In this document: positions 39,577 to 48,564 of the stretch, piece by piece
How positions within the stretch are numbered: the first letter of the stretch is position 1
Layout: each line of letters opens with the position of its first letter
Assembly (NCBI GenBank): GCA_050250375.1
Contig: JBFWOS010000001.1
Span: forward strand, 91,346 to 155,345
Direction: 5' to 3'
Length of the DNA: 64,000 nucleotides
Source: Candidatus Omnitrophota bacterium
GTDB lineage: Bacteria > Omnitrophota > Gorgyraeia > Zapsychrales > Zapsychraceae
Program-made: the position numbers and the translations under genes
The notes under the pieces: model-generated
What the model was told of the DNA's origin: nothing
The model's input: only the letters and a program-made list of their open reading frames with translations
Databases searched by the model: none

Positions 39577-41739
39577 ATGAAAACAAAAGTCATTACATTC
39601 TGGAGCAACAAAGGCGGCGTTGGAAAAACATTTCTGGCGGTGAATACAGCCACCACATTGACCTTGTTAAAACACCGGGTCCTGCTGATGGAATTAAACT
39701 TTCAGTCCATCCATGCGATCGACAAAATGTTAAATCTCGTCAGCCGTTTCGGGCTCGCCAACCTGATGTCCCAGATCGAAACCCTGGATAATCCCGAAAT
39801 CATCAAAAAAGCCGTCTCCCCTCATTCCTGCGGGATGGATTATCTGCCGGTGGTCTCAAGTTCCACCCAGAATGCTGAATTTACAACCGCAAAAATAAAG
39901 GCTTTTTTTGAAAAGGCGTCAACTTTGTACGATTTTATTATTCTGGATGCCCGCCGCGCGCTCAGTGAAGGTCTCGTTTCCGTGATGCAAAATTCAAATC
40001 TGGTCGTGCTGATTGATACGCCTGAAAATTTGACCGTCAACAAATTTAAATGGTGCCTGTCCATGCTCAACAGCATCCATATTCCCAAACCGATGATCAA
40101 GCTGGTCATCAACCGGTCCGCGTCCCGGGGGACTGTTGATCCGAAATTATTAAAAGAACAACTGGGCCTGGACATCCTGGGAGAAATCCCTTCGGATGGA
40201 AAAACGGTAGGTTTAGCCCTCAACAGCTGCATCCCCTGCGTCCTCGATAGTCCGAAAAGTCCGGTCACCCAGGCCATCGTGAATTTTGCGAGAAAATTTG
40301 AGAATGAGGCACTATATCCTGAAGTCACTATTCAGGAAAACGCGCTGATTTCCGGTAAGATTCAGGACCAGGACGGCTCGCTGAAAAAATTCGGGGTAAC
40401 CCGCTCCAAAGATGACAATGCTTTTATATTCAACCAGGATGATGAGGAAATCCTTCTGAAAAAGAAGACTCATGAAAAACTGGTTAAAGAAATGAATATT
40501 GTTAACCTGGGGCCAGAGTCCTTTACGGATGAAAAACTAATGAAGGAACTTCGTGAAAAAGCCACGGGTATCACCGATAAACTGCTGACCCAGGAATATT
40601 CAAAGTTGACCAAGGATGACACCATCCGCGCCCGTTTGACGAACGAAATTGTCAGCGAGGCCTTCGGTCTTGGGCCGCTCGAAGAATTTCTGGAGGACAC
40701 GGACGTCTCGGACATCATGGTCAACAGCCAAAGACAAACCTTTATTGAAAAGAAAGGTAAAATCATTAAAACCGGCGCAAAATTTTCGTCTGAAATGCAG
40801 ATGCGAAGCATCATCGACCGGATCATTGCTCCGTTAGGCCGCCGGATTGACGAATCAACTCCCATGGTCGACGCGCGCTTGCAGGACGGTTCGCGTTTTA
40901 ACGCGCTTATCCCCCCGCTCTCTTTAACGGGGCCTATGATCACGATCCGTAAATTCGGGCGTGAACGCCCAAAAGTCGATGACCTCCTGAACAAATACAA
41001 TAGCTTAAATGACAATATGCGTGTATTTCTTGAAGCCGCAGTCCGCGGAAGAAAAAATATTATCGTTTCCGGAGGAACAGGTTCAGGAAAAACAACCCTT
41101 CTCAACATTATCTCAACATTCATTCCGGATAAAGAACGGATCGTCACGATTGAAGACGCGGCTGAGTTAAGAATCAACAAATCCCACTGGATCCGGCTGG
41201 AATCGCGTCCGCCCAACATTGAAGGTAAAGGGCAGATCCACATCCGGACCCTGTTCATGAACAGCCTGCACATGCGCCCGGACCGTATTATCGTCGGGGA
41301 ATGCCGGGGGTCTGAGGTCATCGACATGCTCCAGGCCATGAATACGGGACATGACGGGTCTATGACGACCCTGCACGCCAACTCCACCAAAGACGTGCTG
41401 GTCCGCATGAGTTCCATGATTCTGCTGGCCGGTGTTGAATTACCCATTCGCGCGATTTACGAAATGATTTCCACCGCCCTGGACCTCATTGTCCATATCA
41501 ACCGGTTCAGTGACGGGACCCGTAAGATTGTCGAAATCACGGAAGTCGCCGGCCTGACGAAAGACCACTCCCTCCAATTAGGCGATATTTTCAAATTTGA
41601 ACAAAAGGGAATGGATGAAGGCGGCAAGATTCTCGGAGAATATGTGGCGACCGGTTATGTGCCTAAATGTTATGAGGAATTCAAAACGATCGGGATTGAT
41701 CTCGATAAAAACATATTCACTCCCCCCGCAAAAAAATAA
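39577..41739 (+). CDS. MinD/CpaE(TadZ)-like ATPase fused to CpaF/TadA ATPase, copy 2
   Basis: Same architecture and motifs as 37390..39558. Confidence 0.9.
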   Translation: MKTKVITFWSNKGGVGKTFLAVNTATTLTLLKHRVLLMELNFQSIHAIDKMLNLVSRFGLANLMSQIETLDNPEIIKKAVSPHSCGMDYLPVVSSSTQNAEFTTAKIKAFFEKASTLYDFIILDARRALSEGLVSVMQNSNLVVLIDTPENLTVNKFKWCLSMLNSIHIPKPMIKLVINRSASRGTVDPKLLKEQLGLDILGEIPSDGKTVGLALNSCIPCVLDSPKSPVTQAIVNFARKFENEALYPEVTIQENALISGKIQDQDGSLKKFGVTRSKDDNAFIFNQDDEEILLKKKTHEKLVKEMNIVNLGPESFTDEKLMKELREKATGITDKLLTQEYSKLTKDDTIRARLTNEIVSEAFGLGPLEEFLEDTDVSDIMVNSQRQTFIEKKGKIIKTGAKFSSEMQMRSIIDRIIAPLGRRIDESTPMVDARLQDGSRFNALIPPLSLTGPMITIRKFGRERPKVDDLLNKYNSLNDNMRVFLEAAVRGRKNIIVSGGTGSGKTTLLNIISTFIPDKERIVTIEDAAELRINKSHWIRLESRPPNIEGKGQIHIRTLFMNSLHMRPDRIIVGECRGSEVIDMLQAMNTGHDGSMTTLHANSTKDVLVRMSSMILLAGVELPIRAIYEMISTALDLIVHINRFSDGTRKIVEITEVAGLTKDHSLQLGDIFKFEQKGMDEGGKILGEYVATGYVPKCYEEFKTIGIDLDKNIFTPPAKK

Positions 41740-41751
41740 TAAATCAAGATT

Positions 41752-42282
41752 TTATTTTTGCTGAAATAGACCTTCATAATCGGTCAGGTCCGTCCGGAGA
41801 TGATCGGAATCCGTGGTGAACGCTTCTTCAAAGGCAGGCGAATCCCAGGTCCAGCGGTGTTGGGCGATGATCTTCTCAAGATCCCGGGTATCGTTGACTT
41901 GCGCAACGACGACTTTTTTTTTCGTTTCGGCTCTGAGCAAAACAAGTTTTTCTTCGAGCCTGCGTTGATGCTCCGGCAGACTTGAATACAGTATCCCGTC
42001 CGACTCTATGATCACAATCTGCTCCAGCTTGCGAGGGGTCCTTGAAAACGGCCAGGGTTTATCCGGGCGGCCAAACTGGTACACGCCCTTTTCTTTCTCT
42101 GAATAAGAATACCGCGACCGGGCCTGGTCGGAAAAAAAATACGGGTAATACCCGTGAACAATCTTATGGTCATCGCGGTTTACCGCAGAGGTATACTGGT
42201 CCTGATACGAACCATCGGCACAAACCCGGCCGGCCCACCAAACGTTCGTCAGAAACGCTAAAAGTAAAAAATAATTTTTCAT
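41752..42282 (-). CDS. Secreted hypothetical protein
   Basis: Signal-peptide-like N-terminus. Confidence 0.7.
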   Translation of the reverse strand: MKNYFLLLAFLTNVWWAGRVCADGSYQDQYTSAVNRDDHKIVHGYYPYFFSDQARSRYSYSEKEKGVYQFGRPDKPWPFSRTPRKLEQIVIIESDGILYSSLPEHQRRLEEKLVLLRAETKKKVVVAQVNDTRDLEKIIAQHRWTWDSPAFEEAFTTDSDHLRTDLTDYEGLFQQK

Positions 42283-42370
42283 TTTTTCCCGAGATCTATT
42301 GATTGAATTAATTCCAGGCGGATACTGTTAGATTAACTGTACGCCAGTTTTAAAAAAAATCAATAACCCG

Positions 42371-42410
42371 GACCGGGACTGACCGGGACTGACCGGGACT
42401 GTCTGGATCT
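42371..42410. repeat. 10-bp tandem repeat (GACCGGGACT)x3 plus one degenerate copy
   Basis: Three exact copies 42371-42400, then GTCTGGATCT. Confidence 0.9.
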
Positions 42411-42465
42411 TTACTTGTGGGGGAAAAATTAAAAGGAAGATTATGGAAATGACTGGAGTAAATCT

Positions 42466-43242
42466 TTATTGATCAATCGTTTTGAGCGTTTGGATGAGAA
42501 ATCCGTAATCGGGAGTTTTAATCACCGAATCGTAACCACCAGCCCGCTTGACTCCCAGGACATCAATCGCTGAAACATGTCCGGTGATAATAATGATGTT
42601 GGCCCTGTTTTCATCCAACTGGCTGATCAAGCGGCAAAGTTCAATCCCCTGAATATCGGGAAGGATTGTGTCCAGGATGATAATATCCGGATTCTCCGTC
42701 CTGGCCTTTTCCAGGCCTTCCTGACCGCTGGAGGCTACACTGAATTTCGTAAACCCCTCGCTTTTGAGGGTGTCTTTCATCAAAAACTGATCGCCTTCAT
42801 TATCATCCACGATCAGAATTTTCACTTTATCTTTGTCCGTAATTTTATATTGGCCGATTTTGTCCATCTCGACCGATTCAATCGCCCCTAAAATCTCGGA
42901 AAAATCGCAGGGTTTCTGTAAAAAACCATCGGCCATATCAAGAACCTTGTTGTGATCCTTTAGATAATCCCTGTCATAGCCGGTGATGACAATAATCCTC
43001 GGTTGAAACGAACCGCTGTATTTATTTCTGATATTCTGGATGAGTTCAAACCCATCCAGTTTCGGTATGTGCAGATCGGTTAAGATCACATCCGGCTGAT
43101 TTTCCTGGATGATTTCCCAGGCCTGCTCACCATCCAGGGCGCTTAAGACTTCATAATCATGCGAGGCGATTTTCTGAACCATCATCTCAAGGACGATATC
43201 TTCATCATCAATCACCAAAACTTTTGCCAACTTTTTATTCAT
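42466..43242 (-). CDS. Dual receiver-domain protein
   Basis: Two REC domains (LTDLHIP..KP; ILDTILPD..KT), no output domain. Confidence 0.92.
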   Translation of the reverse strand: MNKKLAKVLVIDDEDIVLEMMVQKIASHDYEVLSALDGEQAWEIIQENQPDVILTDLHIPKLDGFELIQNIRNKYSGSFQPRIIVITGYDRDYLKDHNKVLDMADGFLQKPCDFSEILGAIESVEMDKIGQYKITDKDKVKILIVDDNEGDQFLMKDTLKSEGFTKFSVASSGQEGLEKARTENPDIIILDTILPDIQGIELCRLISQLDENRANIIIITGHVSAIDVLGVKRAGGYDSVIKTPDYGFLIQTLKTIDQ

Positions 43243-43369
43243 AAAATCCTCTGATTAATCCTGAGAAGAGTATAGATCATTTTCCGCTGCTTTGACAAAC
43301 AAAAAACATTAATTTTGATATATAAACTTAACTAAATCGAAGCTTGTATTACCGTGACAATGGTGGGAC

Positions 43370-44371
43370 TCACCGTTCGCGTTTGACCATCTTCCAGCAA
43401 CGGTGGATCGTTTTATTGCGGTAATCTTCGGGAATTGTTTTCGGGGTCAGCTCATGGATTGTCTGTGCCCCTAAATCATCCAGGCGCGGTTCAAACCGCT
43501 GATGGTTGGTTGAAAAAAACACGATAGAACCCGGGATCATCACCTTCATGACTTTGCGCAAGAGCAAAGGATGTTCGCGGTTAATATCAAATGAATCTTC
43601 TTGTTCATGGTCCTGGGAAAACGAAGGCGGATCAATGAAGGCCAGGCTGAATCTCCGCCCTTCCTTATATATACGGTCCAGATAATCCAGCGCATCGGAT
43701 TGCACCATCTCATGGTTCTTTCCCATGCATTGATTCAATTCCATATTATCCTTCGCCCATTTTAAATAGGTCGAATTACGGTCGACCGTCACAGAACTCT
43801 GCACGCCTCCGGCCGCGGCCGCACAGGTAAACGCGCCGGTATACGCGTAAAGGTTGAGAAAATCTTTCCCTTTGGCCATACCACGGATGAGCATACGGGT
43901 CTCCCGGTGATCAGAAAATAACCCTGTATCCAGATAATCCTCCAGATTAACCCAGAACTTCAGATCCCGTTCGTTGACCTCAAACCGCACCCCTTTAGAG
44001 TCCAGTTTTTTATACCGGGGACCGTCTTTAATGTTGGTCGTCCTTTGTCTGATATGGACGTTTTCTTTCGGGATGGATAACGCCTGCCCGACGGCTTCAG
44101 CCATTTTCGGCAGCCAGTCGGTTCCTGTCTGAAGGCGGATGTATTCACCGACCACGGCATGCCCCCCGTACCAGTCCACCACCGCCCGGACTTCCGGAAT
44201 GTCCCAGTCGTACAAGCGAAAACAGTCAATATTCTGTTTCCGGAACCGTTTCGAAAAATGCCGGTATTGTTTGCGGACCCGGTTGGATAACAGCTCCGCA
44301 TGCTGCCGGGTTTTTTCCGGAGTGATAATATTTTTTAGTCTTGAAGGGGTTGAATGACCTGAACCGGCCAT
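43370..44371 (-). CDS. Stand-alone RlmK-like SAM methyltransferase
   Basis: FRLYDWDIPE, VNLEDYLDTGLFSDHR, LNLYAYTG, DPPSFS match the C-terminal half of RlmKL. Confidence 0.85.
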   Translation of the reverse strand: MAGSGHSTPSRLKNIITPEKTRQHAELLSNRVRKQYRHFSKRFRKQNIDCFRLYDWDIPEVRAVVDWYGGHAVVGEYIRLQTGTDWLPKMAEAVGQALSIPKENVHIRQRTTNIKDGPRYKKLDSKGVRFEVNERDLKFWVNLEDYLDTGLFSDHRETRMLIRGMAKGKDFLNLYAYTGAFTCAAAAGGVQSSVTVDRNSTYLKWAKDNMELNQCMGKNHEMVQSDALDYLDRIYKEGRRFSLAFIDPPSFSQDHEQEDSFDINREHPLLLRKVMKVMIPGSIVFFSTNHQRFEPRLDDLGAQTIHELTPKTIPEDYRNKTIHRCWKMVKRER

Positions 44372-44402
44372 TTAAATAATCCTCAGTCGTAAATAAAAAT
44401 TG

Positions 44403-44835
44403 TTATAGCCGTAGGGACCGTCCGGTGTTAACCGGCTGCGTATACATCTTTCCCGAAAGCACTTTTCCATCCTCATTAAGCATAACCCGATAGTAGTACC
44501 GTAATCCATTAATCACACTGCCCCCTAAATCCCATTCCCTATCATTCTGTTTTTCAAGAGCCATATCGTTCCATTGTTTCATGTGGATATCACAAAAATC
44601 ATCCCATACCAAATGGGCGTCTTCCTCACTGTTAATTTGAGTTCCGGTTTCGGCTAAAAGTCGGCCGTATTCTTCGTAATTTCCATATCCAGAGATTTCA
44701 ATCAGCCGCGAAAATGGGTGCGATACTTAAAAATCCGTTTATTTCTTGGACCATAAGAACGGAACCCATTAAAAGCATCACTCTTACATTCAGCCAGAAA
44801 AATTCTAAATCTTTACATTTGAAACATTTACTCAT
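44403..44835 (-). pseudogene. Probable frameshifted hypothetical gene
   Basis: MSKCFKC..NGFL frame joins VSHPFSRL..GRSLRL frame if one A is removed near 44727. Confidence 0.45.
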
Positions 44836-44945
44836 CTACATCCCGTATCAAGGGGTTAATATTTCTTGCTATCGACTTTAATTTAAGATAAAATTTACGA
44901 ATCATTTTAATTTCCCGCTAAATTCAAAAAAGAACACTGACGCTT

Positions 44946-45563
44946 ATGTCGATTGAAATCATCCCCATAACACAAGTTTCGACCATTGAAGCCTTTGCTA
45001 ACACCCTCAAAAGTGATTATCAGGTCAACCGCTGGTTCTTATACATCATGCAACAGCCCTCTGCTTCTGAAGAGCTGTGTAAATCCTCGGAGGTCGCGCA
45101 CAGTTTTTCCCGCCTAAAAACCTGGGTGATTGTTCAACGCTTCCTTTTTCTTACGGTCATCCCATGGGCCGTGACAGCGTTATTTTTTCCGATCAATTGG
45201 ATATCGGTCATATCCCTGGCAGTCCTCGTGACCGGCATGTTATCCGTCGCCGTCGTAAAAATTAATTTAGTCAAAAAGATTGCCCTCCATATGCTTCAGC
45301 GTGATTTTGGCGGAAAATCCCTCGAAAAACTAACCTTATACGAAGTGGGTGAATTCTACGGCAGAAAATATAACACAACAGCGTTAGTCGATAAACTGAA
45401 TAAGGCGGCCGTCATCTACAGAGTCGCGGTTGCAGCCTCTCTTTTTATCGGCGTATTTATCTTTTCATTCAAATTTATAGAATTAGTAGCTTTCACGCTG
45501 ATGGGCTTGTTCATAAGCCGCTTGACTGTGAATACCGATTTCTTTTATAAAAGACTATCTTAA
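44946..45563 (+). CDS. Membrane protein
   Basis: About four TM segments. Confidence 0.75.
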   Translation: MSIEIIPITQVSTIEAFANTLKSDYQVNRWFLYIMQQPSASEELCKSSEVAHSFSRLKTWVIVQRFLFLTVIPWAVTALFFPINWISVISLAVLVTGMLSVAVVKINLVKKIALHMLQRDFGGKSLEKLTLYEVGEFYGRKYNTTALVDKLNKAAVIYRVAVAASLFIGVFIFSFKFIELVAFTLMGLFISRLTVNTDFFYKRLS

Positions 45564-45574
45564 TATTCCAGGAT

Positions 45575-47470
45575 TTAATTAAATTTTACCAGAGAAAATA
45601 TAATGCTTAACAGCAATATTCTCCCAAAGCTTGACGTGGTCAGAAAAAAAGTCACCCTGATAAACTGATAAACAATCAGCATGACTGGGCCGTTCATCTT
45701 TTTATGTTTAAACACTAAATTTTGTGCGTCATAATACATCCAGTTGAGATTGGTGATCCGGTTTTCATTCAAAGTTTGAAAATACTGCTGCGACCCGGGT
45801 AACGGTGACAACAAGCCGAAGATCGTAAAATATGGATTTAATTTCAAACAGAATTTCCACATCTTAAAAATATTTTTATAGGAATCCGTTTCAAAACCAA
45901 AAATAAAATGGGCCTTGATCCTGATTCCAGCCTCTTTAATTTTTCTTGCGTATTCGAGATACTTCCCCCCCATCGTGAACTTCCCACCCATCGCCTTGTC
46001 GGACTCTCCCTGGGTAATTTCAAAACCAATTAAAAACTGTTTGCATCCGCTGTCCCTGGCCAGTTCCAGGGTCTGTGTATTTTTCGCGATATCAATCGTG
46101 CATTGCGTGACCCAATTCATTTTTAATGGTTTGATGGCCTCAAAAAGTTCACGGGCATACGCCGGATCATTGTAAATGTTATTATCGATAAACTCGACAG
46201 TACGGTATTTCTTCCTGACAATTTTCAACAATTCAACCAGCTGAAAAACCGGTTTTCGCCGGAGCCTTCCCCCGCTGATTCCCGGAATAGTACAAAAATG
46301 GCACTTAAATTTACAGCCTCGGGTCGTTTCTAGAAAATTTTTAACAATATGCGGTGGTGATTTTAACAATTCCTGATGAACGTCGTCATAAAAGTCATCA
46401 ATCGACCCGCCGGAATAAACTTTTTTCATCTCCCCTTTTTCAAAATCGTTCACAATTTCTTTCCAGACCCCCTCACATTCACCAATAACAACACTGTCAC
46501 AAAACTCCAATGCTTCTTTTGGCAGAAACGTGACATGGGGGCCGCCCATGACTACTTTTGATCCGCATTTTCTAAAATCTTTAGCAATTTTATAGGCCTC
46601 TAAACAATTCGACGTAAAACAGGTAATCGCGACAAGCTTGCCCGGCTTATAAAAACTCCTGTTCCAGACTTTCGTATTGAATTCCCTGAAATGATAATCT
46701 TTGGGCGTTAAGGCTTTTAAAACAACAAATAAAGGCGGATAACAATTCACAACCCGCATGGCCAGCCAGCTAAGCAGCCCCCGATTGATCGGGTTAATCA
46801 TATAAAGTTCTTTTTCATATTCAAATGATTTCCTGATAGACGGATGTTGATTGATCATAGCATCGACAATAAAGATAAATGACCACAGATTTAAAAAAAC
46901 TTCCACGAACCCCAGCACATGGATTAATTTAAATTTCTGAACGTCAAAAAGCCAAATCGACACAACTACACCCAATTGGACTAACTGTAGACAAGTCAAA
47001 ATAAGGATCGACTTCCAATCACCGGAGAATAGTTGTCCGGTGGATTTGATCATTTTTAAATATTTTTTCCGCACGATCAGGCCGGCAAAAATATATAGAA
47101 CAAAGACATTTAGAAAAAAATTCACAATGGTTAAGGGCAGAACGACACCCTTAAAATACAACAAAAAATTAAAAATATGTACGCCGATATAAATCAGCAG
47201 ATACTGCCACCAATACCGGTAAGCGTTCTTTTTAAACTGGGATATGGTTACGATAATTTCCTGGCCGCTCACCAACTCAACAAGGGACCCACAAATACCC
47301 GCCATAAAAAAGACAACAAACAAAGCTTTAAGAAAGACCGAAAATGTCCCCAAAAAAGGCAAAAAAACATTGTCATTAACAATATCCAGGAGGTACATAA
47401 GGATGACGAACTGAAAGTTCGCACAGAGGATCGAAAAGGACCGGGAAATGCCTGTAAATGAGTTATTCAT
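45575..47470 (-). CDS. B12-binding-type radical SAM protein with N-terminal multi-TM domain
   Basis: VMGGPHVT, GECE, TRGCKFKCHFC, IDNN. Confidence 0.88.
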   Translation of the reverse strand: MNNSFTGISRSFSILCANFQFVILMYLLDIVNDNVFLPFLGTFSVFLKALFVVFFMAGICGSLVELVSGQEIIVTISQFKKNAYRYWWQYLLIYIGVHIFNFLLYFKGVVLPLTIVNFFLNVFVLYIFAGLIVRKKYLKMIKSTGQLFSGDWKSILILTCLQLVQLGVVVSIWLFDVQKFKLIHVLGFVEVFLNLWSFIFIVDAMINQHPSIRKSFEYEKELYMINPINRGLLSWLAMRVVNCYPPLFVVLKALTPKDYHFREFNTKVWNRSFYKPGKLVAITCFTSNCLEAYKIAKDFRKCGSKVVMGGPHVTFLPKEALEFCDSVVIGECEGVWKEIVNDFEKGEMKKVYSGGSIDDFYDDVHQELLKSPPHIVKNFLETTRGCKFKCHFCTIPGISGGRLRRKPVFQLVELLKIVRKKYRTVEFIDNNIYNDPAYARELFEAIKPLKMNWVTQCTIDIAKNTQTLELARDSGCKQFLIGFEITQGESDKAMGGKFTMGGKYLEYARKIKEAGIRIKAHFIFGFETDSYKNIFKMWKFCLKLNPYFTIFGLLSPLPGSQQYFQTLNENRITNLNWMYYDAQNLVFKHKKMNGPVMLIVYQFIRVTFFLTTSSFGRILLLSIIFSLVKFN

Positions 47471-47596
47471 ACTTCAAGTATATACCTAATTCTTGATTTC
47501 TTCAGCCTAAAAATTCCTTGTGGTTTTATCTTACCTGTATTCTTCCCTGTAAAGCAAGGTAATTCTTCAATCCCGAAGGAAACAGGAAAGTGTGCT

Positions 47597-48448
47597 TTAT
47601 GATTTTTCGTATGTTTGGAAAACCGCCCGGTTTTTGCCTTCTTTCTTGGCGGCATACATCAGCCGGTCGGCCTGGATGATCATTTCGCTGACGGAGTCAA
47701 GGGCCGTCACAAATGTGGCCACCCCGAGGCTGAATGTGACCTTCCACCCGTTGTGCTGCATGGCCCGGATCAGGCCGTCCTTTAAACGCCGGATCACGAT
47801 CTGCGATTCTTCACTGTTGGTTTCGGGAAGCAAAATAACAAACTCATCTCCCCCCAGGCGGCCGGCCTTGTCCGTCACGCGGATGGATTTCTGGATCGTG
47901 AGCGCCACTTCCTGAAGCACCTGGTTTCCGGTTTCATGCCCATACGTATCGTTGATCTCCTTGAACTGGTCACAGTCAATATAAACCAGGGTCATCGGGC
48001 GCGGATACCGGCGGGTCCGGCGGGTTTCTTCCGTCACAATTTCCATAAAGGCCTGGTTATTGGAAAGTCCGGTGAGAAAATCTTTTCGGGCCAGCATCCT
48101 TTCCCGTTCCAAAGACATCTTCAACTTTGACAAAATAACCGAAACGATCACAAAGAACCCCAGACGGATGCCTGCGTTCCAGAACAGGATAAACAAACTG
48201 ATATACTCATGGTTTGCCAGCAGATCGGCGGCAATCCATACAAAAGCGCTGACGAATGAAACCAGAATCGCCTGGCCGGGCCCTGAGGTCCAGGCCATTA
48301 CCACAATCGGCAGGAGATAAAATATGGAAAATCCAAGGACATAACCCGTGATCGTATCCAGCAACCCGATAATGACAATAAGCATGTAACTGAACAGCAT
48401 GCTGGTTGTTTTATTCTCCTCCAGAAAATTAATAATTTTTTTGTGCAC
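47597..48448 (-). CDS. Membrane diguanylate cyclase
   Basis: N-terminal TMs; DFLTGL, FKEINDTYGH, RLGGDEF. Confidence 0.95.
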   Translation of the reverse strand: MHKKIINFLEENKTTSMLFSYMLIVIIGLLDTITGYVLGFSIFYLLPIVVMAWTSGPGQAILVSFVSAFVWIAADLLANHEYISLFILFWNAGIRLGFFVIVSVILSKLKMSLERERMLARKDFLTGLSNNQAFMEIVTEETRRTRRYPRPMTLVYIDCDQFKEINDTYGHETGNQVLQEVALTIQKSIRVTDKAGRLGGDEFVILLPETNSEESQIVIRRLKDGLIRAMQHNGWKVTFSLGVATFVTALDSVSEMIIQADRLMYAAKKEGKNRAVFQTYEKS

Positions 48449-48564
48449 GGTTCTTCTCTGCTCCTTGATTATAAAAATATTGGTCCGGGGATATCTGGTT
48501 AATGTTAAATATTATACGGAGGATATTATCCGAATGGAAGCGTGAATTACAATATCAGGCGAGT

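Noticed and set aside
40470-41447. 325-aa antisense ORF
   Set aside because: Shadow of the CpaF domain; Ser/Arg-rich with no motifs.
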